Part shown: piece after piece, positions 30,301 through 40,518 of the stretch
Layout of the letters: each line of letters opens with the position of its first letter
Position numbering within the stretch: the stretch's first letter is position 1
Source: a virus
Lineage: Duplodnaviria; Caudoviricetes
Length of the DNA stretch: 62,051 nt
Strand: one strand, 5' to 3'
Virus record (IMG/VR): IMGVR_UViG_3300030098_005428
Span: 1 to 62,051 of that record
The notes under the pieces: model-generated
What the model was told of the DNA's origin: nothing
What the model saw: the letters and a program-made list of their open reading frames with translations, nothing else
The model's database searches: none
Made by a program: the position numbers and the translations under genes

Positions 30301-33300
30301 TGTAGAATCATAACTTGTCCCATAAAATTTATTTCTAAGACTATTTTTATTATGTTCCCAAAGATCACCATTGTAAAAACTATAATATGTATTATTTAAT
30401 GTTAATGCACTTTGTGGTATAAAAGATTTAAAACTTGTCCAACCACCTACTAGTTCAGTATAACTAATAGTATTATTTGATGAACCTATTAGTGTTAAGT
30501 TGTAATTATCTTTCTTATCATCATAACTTCCCAGAATTGTCTTAGGTTGTCTTAGATTGTCAGAAAACCAATCTCGCATGCCTTTATATGCAATATTAGT
30601 TAAACCATCCCTAGATAACCTTAAAACAGCTCCTCGGCGTTTATCAGTAAAATATGCTCTAAAACCATGACTAGCAAATGATTCAGGATTTTCAGATATA
30701 CCGTAATCTCCAACAAAAGGATCACTAGTTCCTAAAACCCTATTACTTGATAATAAGTTTGTGCTGCCATCAGCATTATACAAGGCGTCTTTATTAGCGT
30801 AAACTCTTAAACATTTATCTTCACATAATACTAAAACATCAGAATCTCTTGTGTATAATTTTTGTATACTACCATATTCTGGATTAACATCTTTAGTTAT
30901 TTTTTCTGCTTGTATAAATTGATTTAATCTATTTACTCCAGAAGAAGAATTATATATCCCAGAGTAAATCATTCCACTAGCTCTTCTTTCTTCTGCATAT
31001 TGTTCCGCGAGTGTAGATGAAACCTTAGGACCTTTATCAACAAATATAGCGTTATAATCATCACGTATTCTATTTGATTCAGCCCCATTACCAAATGACC
31101 AGCAATTCATATATTCTATATCATCACCATTGGCATCACCTAAATCTGCTATAGGATATGTTTTACCAGCTTCATAATAAATCTCTAAATCTGGAGATTC
31201 TTTTGGTTCAGTTTCCCATATCGCAGGGCTTTTACTAGAATAAGTTAATTCATTAAAAATTTCTTTTACTATTTCAATTGTTTCAGAAGCACCTCCACTA
31301 TTATCAATTTTCCATCCCATGGTATTCCTATAATTATGTGTACCATATTGATCTATCCTTGGCGCGTTTGGTGATATAGGCGCCCAACCAATATTGTTTT
31401 GTTCAACACCATCTATAGTTGTTTTTAGTGTTAATATCATTTGTAAAGCATGGTTTGAATCATACTTTTTAATCTTATCAGAAAGATTACCATTGTCTTT
31501 TAAGTAATTATAACCTACTCTAGGATAACCATCTACACCATTTTGAGAAACAATTTCATGAATACTACCACTTGGATCACTTTCAAATCTAAATTTTGTT
31601 CCAGTTTGTAATAACTTTAAATATGTATTATACTCGCCATCACTTTTAAAAGCACTTCTTCCTATTGTTGTATTAGGAAGACTTCCATCGTTTCCACCTA
31701 ACCATCTCAATCGAATCATTCTCTTTCCATCAATACCGTTTTTATCAACATTTCCATTACCAAACCAAACTGATTTATCTGTAGTTGGATTTGGTTGAGA
31801 TTTGTTACCACCTTCCCATTTTAATTCTGTCCCTTTCCACTCACCTAAAGAATTTTCATTTTTATAAAACGCAGCATGATCAATACATAGTGTAGCATTA
31901 CCAGCGCCAATACCCGCGTACACCTCTTGTTTTGCTGGTCTAAAACTATATTGATAATCAACTCGTTTCGGATCATCTTCACCCACATCTGATTTTAAGT
32001 AATTAATATAAAATAATCTACACGTGTGTTCAACACCATAAGTTGGATTTTGAACAAAAGATAATAAACTCTTATCTAAATCATTATCTCTTTTAATTTT
32101 AACAAAAAATCTTCCATCAAATTCTTCTAAATCTTCAGTTTCTTCTTTATAAAATTTAGCAGATAATCCAGCAACTTCAACGCCAGCGCTAGTTTTTAAC
32201 ATGTTTACATCACTTCCTAATGGAACTTTTAAATTGAATTTCCAATAACCGTTAGGTGTACTACCTGCACCAACAACTGTACCTTGTGTTGGTGTACCAA
32301 TAGGTTCAATACCAGTTAATTGATACCTTTCTGTTTCCCCGCCAGTTTTAGCTATTCTTATATATAATTCATTAGGATTTTCATCCAAAAAACTTTCTAC
32401 AGGCGTATCTTTAATTGTAGCATAAGGTATATTAATATATAAACCAAGTTCTTCTGGAAATCCATTACCTGTATCAGCTTCTGTTTTACCAAACTGAGTT
32501 GTTAACGTAGTAACTAAATTTTTTCTTTTACGTATTGATTTAGGTGCTTCATTTTTAATATCAAGTATTTTATATTTTAAAGTTTTACCTTTTGTTATTT
32601 CAGGCGCTTCATCAACGTCATGTTTCTTTTTTAATATTAAATATGTTTCTTCATCAATTTTGTTTCTTTCTGCTGACGGAAATGATAACCAAATATGATC
32701 ACCTTCTTGTGTATAAAACCTATCCATAGCTAGATTATAATATTCAAGAGATGGTTCTTTAATAAAATACCTATAATGTGTTGCCCACTCTGGTTTTACT
32801 AAATCTCCTTGTCTGTTGTTTTTTACTTTTACATTTAGTTTATTTGCTGTTTCAGCATAACTTTGATCTAACTTAATAGCACCAGAATCATTTGACAGCA
32901 CAGGGGTTTGTCTAGCAAATTTATCTAAAAACACAATACCAACTTGATAATTTCTAATTGACTTTAATGATTGTGTTGCTGTACTATCTTCTATTTCAGT
33001 TTTACCAACATTTATTACAAAAGACGGTTCTTCTGGTATATTATAGTTTTGTAAATAATTACCATAAATAACTCTATTTTTTGTAATCTCTTGCGCTTTA
33101 GCCATTCTTGGTACATTATCCCAAGGCCTTAATAATTGATTACTAGGAACCAATGCGTGTACTTGTTCTGATGTTATTGAATATCCATCACCACCACTTT
33201 CAACAGAATCCATATCTTCTTTTGTCTTTAAAGTGGTAACAGTATATACACTCGTGTGATTTGATTCTTTATATAATACATCTACCTCAACAACATCTTT

Positions 33301-34566
33301 TGGTCTAACATCAAATGGTATTGTTGTTCCTCCACCAACAGTAACGGTTCTTGCTGTATTTACCATAGATAAGTTATGAGCTTCTACTGGGTTATACTCA
33401 AATCCATTGTCTTGATTTGGTAAAAATGCAACTTTAGAAAATGGTGAAAAACAAGAATATTCACCATCTGCATATTTCCATCTATATCCAAATCTTGGAA
33501 ATTTTAATTCATATATGGGATCTCCTTGTATTAACTCAACTTTCCACGTTAATGATTCTAAGGTTAAATTACTTGAAATCGAAATAACATCACACCAATA
33601 GTTTTTTGAGGTAGCGGTTTCACCAAGTGTATCTCCACTACCAGTATTTGTCGTAGAAACTATTTGTAATGTTGCTGAGTATGTTTCTTGTAAACCAGTA
33701 TCTGTGGTTGATGCTGTTAATTGAACTTTATCTCCTTCTTTAAATATAGGTTTTGAATTTGCAGTAAATGTAATACCAGCAGCTTTACGTATTTGATAAC
33801 CTTTTGGTCTAGGTTCGATTACACTTTCTGAACTAGAAATTGTTCTGGTTTCTGTTAATTCACCTGCTTGTGATACATATGTTGCTGTTGTGGATCTTGT
33901 TTGATCTCTACTAGCGTCTGATGTTTTATACAACGCTATGTCTGGGGCGTTGAGTGGTGATTTTTTTATTGTAGTAATATGTTCTTCTAGTATGTTACCT
34001 TTATCTACACCACTAATAAATAATTTTGTCATTGTAGAATACGAACTAGCACCGGTAGCACAACCTGATTTACAACGTTCTATATTTATTTTTTTAGGTT
34101 CGTTTTTATTATCTGTCCACAATAAAAATGTTGTAGCAGCATTATCTTTATCTTCATCAACTATTAAATTAACCCCAGTAATTAGGTTGTCATTTTTTCT
34201 ATTTAACGCTTCTGTTTGAAAATTTAAAATACCACCTGATGTAGATTTTACATCAACTAAAACTGGTTTAATTTGTTTTGTAATAGTACTATACTCTACA
34301 ATAGCATCAACCGCTGTACCCGCAATAAACCAATAAATTTTATCATTTTTTGTATCAGCTATTGAACCAATACATTTTTGGCCAGTAATACCTAATGTAG
34401 ATATTCTTTCTGTACCCAAAACGTTTTGAGCAGTACCTACATTACCTGTTTCAGACGTGGCTATATCAATGTTTAATGCATCTCTATATTCACCTTTAGG
34501 AAGTAATCTTTCATCAAGATCTTTATTCATTCGACCTGATGTAAAGTTATTTTTTATTTCTGGCAT
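27388..34566 (-). CDS. Tail stabilization/nozzle protein (crAss-like) with long beta-rich C-terminal extension
   Basis: N-terminus MPEIKNNFTSGRMNKDLDERL.P.GEYRDA.N; YGISENPESFA, YFTD..RG.V.RL, GWTSF. Confidence 0.75.
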   Translation of the reverse strand: MPEIKNNFTSGRMNKDLDERLLPKGEYRDALNIDIATSETGNVGTAQNVLGTERISTLGITGQKCIGSIADTKNDKIYWFIAGTAVDAIVEYSTITKQIKPVLVDVKSTSGGILNFQTEALNRKNDNLITGVNLIVDEDKDNAATTFLLWTDNKNEPKKINIERCKSGCATGASSYSTMTKLFISGVDKGNILEEHITTIKKSPLNAPDIALYKTSDASRDQTRSTTATYVSQAGELTETRTISSSESVIEPRPKGYQIRKAAGITFTANSKPIFKEGDKVQLTASTTDTGLQETYSATLQIVSTTNTGSGDTLGETATSKNYWCDVISISSNLTLESLTWKVELIQGDPIYELKFPRFGYRWKYADGEYSCFSPFSKVAFLPNQDNGFEYNPVEAHNLSMVNTARTVTVGGGTTIPFDVRPKDVVEVDVLYKESNHTSVYTVTTLKTKEDMDSVESGGDGYSITSEQVHALVPSNQLLRPWDNVPRMAKAQEITKNRVIYGNYLQNYNIPEEPSFVINVGKTEIEDSTATQSLKSIRNYQVGIVFLDKFARQTPVLSNDSGAIKLDQSYAETANKLNVKVKNNRQGDLVKPEWATHYRYFIKEPSLEYYNLAMDRFYTQEGDHIWLSFPSAERNKIDEETYLILKKKHDVDEAPEITKGKTLKYKILDIKNEAPKSIRKRKNLVTTLTTQFGKTEADTGNGFPEELGLYINIPYATIKDTPVESFLDENPNELYIRIAKTGGETERYQLTGIEPIGTPTQGTVVGAGSTPNGYWKFNLKVPLGSDVNMLKTSAGVEVAGLSAKFYKEETEDLEEFDGRFFVKIKRDNDLDKSLLSFVQNPTYGVEHTCRLFYINYLKSDVGEDDPKRVDYQYSFRPAKQEVYAGIGAGNATLCIDHAAFYKNENSLGEWKGTELKWEGGNKSQPNPTTDKSVWFGNGNVDKNGIDGKRMIRLRWLGGNDGSLPNTTIGRSAFKSDGEYNTYLKLLQTGTKFRFESDPSGSIHEIVSQNGVDGYPRVGYNYLKDNGNLSDKIKKYDSNHALQMILTLKTTIDGVEQNNIGWAPISPNAPRIDQYGTHNYRNTMGWKIDNSGGASETIEIVKEIFNELTYSSKSPAIWETEPKESPDLEIYYEAGKTYPIADLGDANGDDIEYMNCWSFGNGAESNRIRDDYNAIFVDKGPKVSSTLAEQYAEERRASGMIYSGIYNSSSGVNRLNQFIQAEKITKDVNPEYGSIQKLYTRDSDVLVLCEDKCLRVYANKDALYNADGSTNLLSSNRVLGTSDPFVGDYGISENPESFASHGFRAYFTDKRRGAVLRLSRDGLTNIAYKGMRDWFSDNLRQPKTILGSYDDKKDNYNLTLIGSSNNTISYTELVGGWTSFKSFIPQSALTLNNTYYSFYNGDLWEHNKNSLRNKFYGTSYDSTIKLIFNDTPSTIKNFKTLNYEGTTSRLYKTTQRGYAAGTDTTLEKEGWYCNSFTTSEQDGDVPYFINKEGKWFANLHGSGITTTDLETKQAAKEFKVQGIGELSSSSGPSRAGYHVKISVEMDSSDDTSDNLFAIPTSFTIDGTTYDNTVSDGYHVAGGATVSKNVIFTFEPNDANTAGASVMKAADFAFVSESSSTVTNAVTDASVAFANTTSAYADDNKVTMTVPISFTMPTNDQTIVVKITGKAKHIYTVSGRWYSIARNTSVPTASNLLGAAYSASGLEGETVTIDLDTSDAGVTTTTFTAATDHIFKEGSHPSVDLKNTLYFGSNYRVTETPALGSTGDISTKSFAITYKIPNRSVENDRIDFIAEAENNEVAAGTNITSWSIDVESYEEFETTIATGATSATQTLASTANLNAGMAVTGNGIPLNSLVVINSITSSTVVVLSESITTTAGDTYTFAKPNIISKQGEDDVSLKVYGEAGAKFKIYLTKDSDSTSLLTDSDGLTVSSIEGEIPAAGSTNAYYEELLDFPKIVDKDVSDESTLKQTYTLKLEEITGTSVFISPLSSPEQMRFIQYQDAIVDVEVTEGLSSAAAVTTLSPTSGNYEKRSLLEPNVPDEVTISSVLTSSSSGKDFKFLDALDTDGDGISEAIPLSIVGGDVRELVGEKITTTDGGIVSFNNLQVALNNTPALATATLTGSMNIHKYGTKDDYLSIAWESLVGFELAVGDAVATSAVNDGVYEIPITLPTGAGTFEVSVNAAARPDRFQILFDSTNKTSNNISDMTVVADSFYIGDHLRTAGTSDGQRGHFRTQTIGDHTMNKFMYVGEGGNATKESDGSAMPEWDTNGTTLITISDSVIAGPASNSPDTTNAAWRDACDPDGDGEGINHDGQSGLTSYYYANAAAFTSNTKTHHDAADSSAYLFEDDGNATLEYSKPSSTSTRAYIRVTAKSAAGSTGWDIYGTRFTAT

Positions 34567-34577
34567 ATTTTTAAACT

Positions 34578-35738
34578 TTATTTAATCCACTTAGATTTAC
34601 CACGCATAACCTGCGCAAGCTCTTCAGCTTTAAGATTTGATAATCTTAATTTAGCTTTTCTTGTTGCTGCAAATCTTTCTTTTCTATATCTATTAACAAT
34701 ATACTCTGGAATATTAGATCTTGTAGATACTAAACCATATATAATCCATTTATATAATGCTTCTTCTGCAAATTTGTGTATTTGCATTTCTCCATCTGTA
34801 CCTAATGTATCACTTACATATCTTAATACTATTATTTTATTACTTAAATTGGAACTAAAATGTATTTTACCTCTAACATTATCAATAAAGAAAGTTCCAT
34901 TAGCTTGTGCGTATTGCGGGTCAATACCATATCTACCACCAACATTATGTGCTTCTAAATCTTTTAAGGTATCTTTAGCATCTGTAGCTTCTGATGTAGT
35001 TTCAGATTTAAATCCCTTCCAAGTCTCAGAAGGATCACCCTCAAGTAGTTCACCACTTGTATCATCAAATAAATAATTATAATCAGAATCTTGTAATAAT
35101 GCTTTTGGATTACCTGTAACTCTTACTGGATATAAAATACGCTCAATACCAGTAGTTGTTTCTAACCATGATAATTTTACGTAATTCACATAATCATGTG
35201 GTAAAATCATAGTTAATGAATCAGGTACTTCAATTTCTTGAGATTTTTCTACTCTTAATGTATCATAACTTAATTCTGCTAAACCACGTTGAGCATGAAA
35301 AGCTACATCACTTCTATTAGCTCTTGGAATTATTTTATCTTGACCAACATATGAAAACAAAAAATTATTAATAATATTATCCATACTAACATATTGATAT
35401 TTTCCATGTCTTTCAGCGCTTGATCTTTCTCTAACTACTAAAGTAGCTCCATTGATTGGAGCGTTGGTTGTAGTACCACCAGTACCATCCGCTAATACAC
35501 TTTCATTTCCTGATCTACCTGTAAATGTTAAAGTTGGTTGAGAAAAGCTATAATTAGCTGTATCAATTTCAACATCATTGACAAATACTCTAATTTCGGT
35601 TTTTACTAAATCGGTTAATGTGGGAAAGTAACTAGTTGTTAAAGTAAAAGCAGTTGCTGTTCCATTTGGAGCGGTACTCCATTTACTCTGACTTTGCTGA
35701 TAATATGATTCTTGTGTTGTTGTTCCTAATAATCCCAT
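34578..35738 (-). CDS. Tail/neck structural protein
   Basis: FHAQR...EL.YD, LPHDYVNYV; position in tail block. Confidence 0.65.
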   Translation of the reverse strand: MGLLGTTTQESYYQQSQSKWSTAPNGTATAFTLTTSYFPTLTDLVKTEIRVFVNDVEIDTANYSFSQPTLTFTGRSGNESVLADGTGGTTTNAPINGATLVVRERSSAERHGKYQYVSMDNIINNFLFSYVGQDKIIPRANRSDVAFHAQRGLAELSYDTLRVEKSQEIEVPDSLTMILPHDYVNYVKLSWLETTTGIERILYPVRVTGNPKALLQDSDYNYLFDDTSGELLEGDPSETWKGFKSETTSEATDAKDTLKDLEAHNVGGRYGIDPQYAQANGTFFIDNVRGKIHFSSNLSNKIIVLRYVSDTLGTDGEMQIHKFAEEALYKWIIYGLVSTRSNIPEYIVNRYRKERFAATRKAKLRLSNLKAEELAQVMRGKSKWIK

Positions 35739-35742
35739 TTAT

Positions 35743-36444
35743 TTATGATTTTTCTTGTTGAACATCTTTGTTTTCTTCTGTTGCAGCAACTTGATATACG
35801 TTTGGATCTTTAACTAATACACCAGCTAATGCTAATATTTTTATAACTAAATTTTTCTCTTCTGAAGGATGAAGTTCAAAATTAGTACTATTGTTCGCGT
35901 TATATAATGGATGATTATTTACGTTTGTATATGCCCATTCTATCGATGCGGGCGCAGATATTAAATTACATGTTACACCAGATGTAATTGTTGTTGGGTA
36001 AACTTGTATTGCAGTAGCACTAGTTTGCACATAAATTGGTCTAGCTACTCTTGGTTCAAGTAAAGGTGAATTAATATAATGATTTAAATTATTTTGTGAT
36101 ACTTTTTCTACTTCAACATAAGTTCCTCCATTATTGTATGATAACTCTCCCATTCTATAATGTGTTGGTAATGCACCTACACCACCACTTGTCATACTTA
36201 CGTCTTGTCTAAATTTTTCAAATACGTCAATTTTTTCTTGTGTTATATCTACTTGATCAGCATATGTTGTATCATTCCCTGGTATTCTCATAAACTGATT
36301 TAGATCATAAAAATATTGCTCAAATATATCTAATTGAGCTTGATTAGCCAATAAGTTGAATTCTTGAGGCGTTAGATAACCTCTTTGTTCTTTGTTAAGA
36401 ATACTTAATACTCTTTGATAAACTGTATCTACATTTACTGCCAT
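35743..36444 (-). CDS. Tail tubular / head-tail adaptor protein
   Basis: VDTVYQ.VL..LNKEQRGYLTPQEFN, FELHPSEE; position downstream of capsid gene. Confidence 0.65.
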   Translation of the reverse strand: MAVNVDTVYQRVLSILNKEQRGYLTPQEFNLLANQAQLDIFEQYFYDLNQFMRIPGNDTTYADQVDITQEKIDVFEKFRQDVSMTSGGVGALPTHYRMGELSYNNGGTYVEVEKVSQNNLNHYINSPLLEPRVARPIYVQTSATAIQVYPTTITSGVTCNLISAPASIEWAYTNVNNHPLYNANNSTNFELHPSEEKNLVIKILALAGVLVKDPNVYQVAATEENKDVQQEKS

Positions 36445-36457
36445 AATTTCTTTTTTA

Positions 36458-36494
36458 TATAGTGTAGTCACCTCATAGAGATGACTACTCTATA
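36458..36494. other. Intergenic 17-bp imperfect hairpin
   Basis: tatagtgtagtcacctc-ata-gagatgactactctata. Confidence 0.6.
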
Positions 36495-36501
36495 AAGATG
36501 A

Positions 36502-37311
36502 TTATACTTGTTTTTCTATTGTTTTATAAATTTCTAAACCTTCATCTGTTTTAAAGAACGCTGCTAATGCAGAATATGGATGTTCATCAAAAGGAACGGT
36601 CATAACCTTCCTACCTGTGTCTTTCCATGTAAATGTTCTTTGGTCATCTGAAAGTATCAAAATTCTAGCTTCTACCGCTTTGATACCAAAGTTTCTAAGC
36701 TTTACATTATCATCACTTGCTAACTCTAAAAATAATGAAGGTTTATTTGTAGCAAAAACTAAAATATCCCTTTTTATTTCTTTAGATGTCATTTTAGCAA
36801 CTGAGCTTCCTTGTTCAACCCTAAGTATTGCTTCTGCTTCATCAATCTCTAGATTTCTAGCAGAACTTAAAGCTTGGAATCTCATTTCTAATATATCCAA
36901 ATCTTCTTCTGCTTCTCGAATTTCATCTCTTTCGAAAAACAATTTATTTTTATCTGGATGTATTGTTAACAAACGTTGTAATGTTTGTTTTTCTTTTGGA
37001 ACGAATAACATTCCTTGTTCAAATACAATATGACCTAATCTCGCTTCACCTTTGAATTCATCTACAAACGGCGTTCTTTGATTAAGAGTATATTTAATTT
37101 CTCTCTCATATCCCTTTTCAGCATCATACCAATAAATACCTCGTGATCTAATTGTATATGTTAATGGAGACATACCATCACGTAAATAATACATACGATC
37201 TTTTATCTCCCAAGAATCCTTTTTAGGTTCTTCTTTTTTAACAGCAGTCTCTGCTTGTACTGCTAAAGGAGTTTCTTCTAAAGAAACTTCTTCTTTCTTT
37301 TTCTTTGCCAT
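36502..37311 (-). CDS. Conserved-looking hypothetical protein of the head block
   Basis: 269 aa ORF after the capsid gene. Confidence 0.6.
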   Translation of the reverse strand: MAKKKKEEVSLEETPLAVQAETAVKKEEPKKDSWEIKDRMYYLRDGMSPLTYTIRSRGIYWYDAEKGYEREIKYTLNQRTPFVDEFKGEARLGHIVFEQGMLFVPKEKQTLQRLLTIHPDKNKLFFERDEIREAEEDLDILEMRFQALSSARNLEIDEAEAILRVEQGSSVAKMTSKEIKRDILVFATNKPSLFLELASDDNVKLRNFGIKAVEARILILSDDQRTFTWKDTGRKVMTVPFDEHPYSALAAFFKTDEGLEIYKTIEKQV

Positions 37312-37334
37312 AATATAATATAATTAAATAAGTT

Positions 37335-37375
37335 AAAAAAAATAAAGGGCTAGGTGCCGAAGCACCTAACTCTTT
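37335..37375 (-). terminator. Rho-independent terminator after major capsid gene
   Basis: - strand AAAGAGTTAGGTGC-TTCG-GCACCTAGCCCTTT followed by a T-run; cUUCGg loop. Confidence 0.85.
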
Positions 37376-37387
37376 AAAAATAATGTA

Positions 37388-38836
37388 TTAGTTAAGAATC
37401 ATGAAGTTATTAGCTCCTTGAACAACTAAACATCTTTCTGATAAGTAATGGACCTCCATTGCATCAAGATCAGAAGTGATGTTTCCACCAACTGAACCTG
37501 TGATCCAAGTTTTTAGTCTTCTATTATCAGCTTGAGACGCTCTATATCTTACGTGTAAGAAAGGTCTCTTAATGTTTCTACCCATACCTTGGTCATAAAC
37601 AGTTGAAACACCAGCTGGGATAATTACCCCTCTAACGTCATCAAATGCTGCTTGACCTCTTAAAGTAGCGTCATTTAAGTATTTCCAATCAGATTTATAG
37701 AAGTCATAAGAACCTCTTCTAAATCCAGCAAATCCTAAGTTAAGTGCCATTTCTTCTGAGTTATTAAAAACTCCCCAAGAAGTACCACCTGAGCCATAAG
37801 AATTTTGTGAAGCTAACATATCGTCAATAGCTAAAGATACAGATCTATTAGCATATAACATGTTTTCTTCAATTGCTCCTTGCTCATCAAACTTTTTAAG
37901 GATTTCATCGAAAGAACCTAAATCATCAGAAGCGCTAGTTCCAGCTATACCAGAAGTAACGTGTCCTCTATTTTCGATTGCTTCGAATAAACCTTCAGTA
38001 CCGAAATCTTTACCAGCGTTACCTAGCTCTGTATCTACTGTAGAGCTTCCAGGTACACCAGAAACACCTTCTATACATGCCATTTCTAAGTAATCAGCGT
38101 ATCTAGATCTTGTATCACCTTCAGCTTTTAAATACCATAGGTAACCATTTTGACCTTCTTCACCTGAAACTTCGACCCAGCCAATAGATGCTGTATCAGA
38201 ACCACTAACCTCATACTTATCTTTAATGATAATTGGTTTGTTAGTGTATGATTTGAATTCCGGATTTACCGCGTTGCTCATTCCGTTGTCACCTTTCTTG
38301 AACTCAGAACCAAATACAAATATTCTAATAGATGTACTTGAAGTATTGAATCCCGAAACGTTTGCAACAGCTGCAACTTTATACGGAAGAATTGTTAATG
38401 TAGTTGTGTTAGGAACAGCTGAAACATATCCTTTGAATATCACAGGAGATGCCGCACCGTCACTTACAACAACCATTTGTCCTACTCTTATACCGTGAGT
38501 GTTAGTAGTATCAGCTGTACCAACAGAAGTTCCGATGGTAAAAGTGTTTGTACTAACGCTACAACCTTTATAAGACAGGTGTAATCTACCTTGTTCTGAC
38601 CAAACTACTTGATCCGATGCCATTGATTCTTCTGCACCAACTTGAGAAAGAAAACCTGAGATGCTTCTGTTTCCAAAAATCTCTGCTTCTTCTTCTATAA
38701 GCTCAGGTAAATATTGTTGAGCCCAAGTTGTGTCAGTAGTACCAGCGAAATCCAAATAGTTTCCAGACAAAGTCTGCTTTTGCGGAGAGGGAGTTAAGTT
38801 TAAACTACCACCCGCGGTTGGAGTTATTGCTGCCAT
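37388..38836 (-). CDS. Major capsid protein
   Basis: 482 aa, follows scaffold, followed by strong terminator; WSEQGRLH, GFRRGSYDF. Confidence 0.8.
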   Translation of the reverse strand: MAAITPTAGGSLNLTPSPQKQTLSGNYLDFAGTTDTTWAQQYLPELIEEEAEIFGNRSISGFLSQVGAEESMASDQVVWSEQGRLHLSYKGCSVSTNTFTIGTSVGTADTTNTHGIRVGQMVVVSDGAASPVIFKGYVSAVPNTTTLTILPYKVAAVANVSGFNTSSTSIRIFVFGSEFKKGDNGMSNAVNPEFKSYTNKPIIIKDKYEVSGSDTASIGWVEVSGEEGQNGYLWYLKAEGDTRSRYADYLEMACIEGVSGVPGSSTVDTELGNAGKDFGTEGLFEAIENRGHVTSGIAGTSASDDLGSFDEILKKFDEQGAIEENMLYANRSVSLAIDDMLASQNSYGSGGTSWGVFNNSEEMALNLGFAGFRRGSYDFYKSDWKYLNDATLRGQAAFDDVRGVIIPAGVSTVYDQGMGRNIKRPFLHVRYRASQADNRRLKTWITGSVGGNITSDLDAMEVHYLSERCLVVQGANNFMILN

Positions 38837-38863
38837 TTGTTATAAATTTTAAATTGTTTAAAG

Positions 38864-40093
38864 TTATTGTTTAAGTTTAAATCGGAGTTTATTAGCATTA
38901 TCACCAGTAACCACTCTCATTTTAAGTCCTCCTGCCTCAACTTTTTCATGAGCTGATCTAGGATTCATGTCGATGTTTTTAGATTTAGAAATATTTTCTT
39001 TAATCCCATCGGCTTTACCTTGTTCATAAAAGTGATTTGCGACTGCATCAGCGTTCATAGCTGTAAATAAAGATTTATGATAACCAGTGGCATCATTCAT
39101 TGTATTATTTCTTTTATCAAGAAATTTTCCAACAAAATTATTAATGTCACTTTGTGTTGTTTTAACTTCATTTGCATCTTTAACATTAAATCTATATCTT
39201 TTTTCACCAACATTATATTCAAAACCTTTGAATTTGTCGTTAAAAACACTATCTGTTTTTTCTAAAAAGACTGATTTTTGTTTTTCTACTTGCTTTTGCG
39301 TTGCTTCATTCTCCTTTTCATATCTATTAAAAAAATCTACAGCTTTTTGTTGATCTTGCGTAAGCTTTGATCCAGCTTTGATTTCTTCATAGTATTTAGA
39401 CTTTAACCCGTCTAAGTGGGTTCTAGCGTCGGCAACCTGCTCTTTAAACGCTAATTTCTTTCTCTTAATTACGTTTTCTTCATCAGCATCTTTATCATAT
39501 GAAAACTGATCTTCCATCAAGAAACTTATCTCTTCATTATTTAAATGAGGTTTAGTTTGTTGATAGTATTCTCTTAATAATTGTTCTTCATTAAGTTTAC
39601 TATAATCCTGATTTAATTTAACGTAATCATCAAGACTTCCACCAGTATCATTCATAAAGTCTACAACTTTTTGAATATTTTCTGGTAAAGGTTCTCCAGT
39701 TTCTTTAGCTTCTTCAACAGCTTCAGTAACTTCTTCTTTAACATCTTTTACCTCTTCATTAACTTTTTCATCAGTTACTTCTTCTAAAACAGGAGTTTCT
39801 GTTTCTTTTTCTTTAACTTTTTCAGTAGGTTTTTCTTCTTCTTTAACCTGTTCAACAGGCTTTTCCTCTACTTTTTCCTCTACTTTTTCCTCTACCTTTT
39901 CTTCTACTTCTTTAGTTAAATCTACTTTTATTGGTTCATCACCAATATTCATCTTTTTCATTTTAGGTTTCTTAACCTTAATTTTATCACCCATTGGTTT
40001 CTCGTCAACAGGTGTTTCTTGAGGTTTAGTTTCTTCTTTAGTTTCAACTTTAGGTTCAACTACCTCTTCGACTTTTTGTTCTTTTTTAGCCAT
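38864..40093 (-). CDS. Capsid scaffolding protein (acidic)
   Basis: E/K-rich N-terminus, coiled coil, FYEQGKAD; lies between portal and capsid genes. Confidence 0.65.
   Translation of the reverse strand: MAKKEQKVEEVVEPKVETKEETKPQETPVDEKPMGDKIKVKKPKMKKMNIGDEPIKVDLTKEVEEKVEEKVEEKVEEKPVEQVKEEEKPTEKVKEKETETPVLEEVTDEKVNEEVKDVKEEVTEAVEEAKETGEPLPENIQKVVDFMNDTGGSLDDYVKLNQDYSKLNEEQLLREYYQQTKPHLNNEEISFLMEDQFSYDKDADEENVIKRKKLAFKEQVADARTHLDGLKSKYYEEIKAGSKLTQDQQKAVDFFNRYEKENEATQKQVEKQKSVFLEKTDSVFNDKFKGFEYNVGEKRYRFNVKDANEVKTTQSDINNFVGKFLDKRNNTMNDATGYHKSLFTAMNADAVANHFYEQGKADGIKENISKSKNIDMNPRSAHEKVEAGGLKMRVVTGDNANKLRFKLKQ
39861..39908. repeat. 12-bp tandem repeat x4 (VEEK) in scaffold gene
   Basis: ttttcctctact repeated with minor variation. 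Confidence 0.8.
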
Positions 40094-40143
40094 AATATAA
40101 TATTATATAATTAATTAAACATAATGTACTTTCGTACAATTTC

Positions 40144-40491
40144 TTATTTTCCCCAGTATGCTATAATTGTTCCACCAGCTACATCTATTTCGGTATACCT
40201 ACCATAAATAGTTACACCAGCTGGAAAACTATTACTAGCATCTATTTCAACACCACCAGATCCTTCAATTGTTGTTTCTGAACCAGCAGCTAAATCACCA
40301 GCAGCATCTTCTGTGTTTGCGTATACAGTTGCATTTTCCGCAACCAAACCACCCTCAGCATCAAATGTTGCCGCGGCTAACACAGTAAATCCAATAAATA
40401 CGTGACCTGTAGGAGGTTTGATAGCGTCTCCACCATCTGTACATACTGATCCCATTATTTTAGCAGTCCAATCGTTTGTTACTATTGCCAT
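40144..40491 (-). CDS. Hypothetical structural protein
   Basis: A/G/T-rich 115 aa; FPAGVTIYGR. Confidence 0.6.
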   Translation of the reverse strand: MAIVTNDWTAKIMGSVCTDGGDAIKPPTGHVFIGFTVLAAATFDAEGGLVAENATVYANTEDAAGDLAAGSETTIEGSGGVEIDASNSFPAGVTIYGRYTEIDVAGGTIIAYWGK

Positions 40492-40518
40492 TTTACTATT
40501 ATTTATTTGTTAAACATG

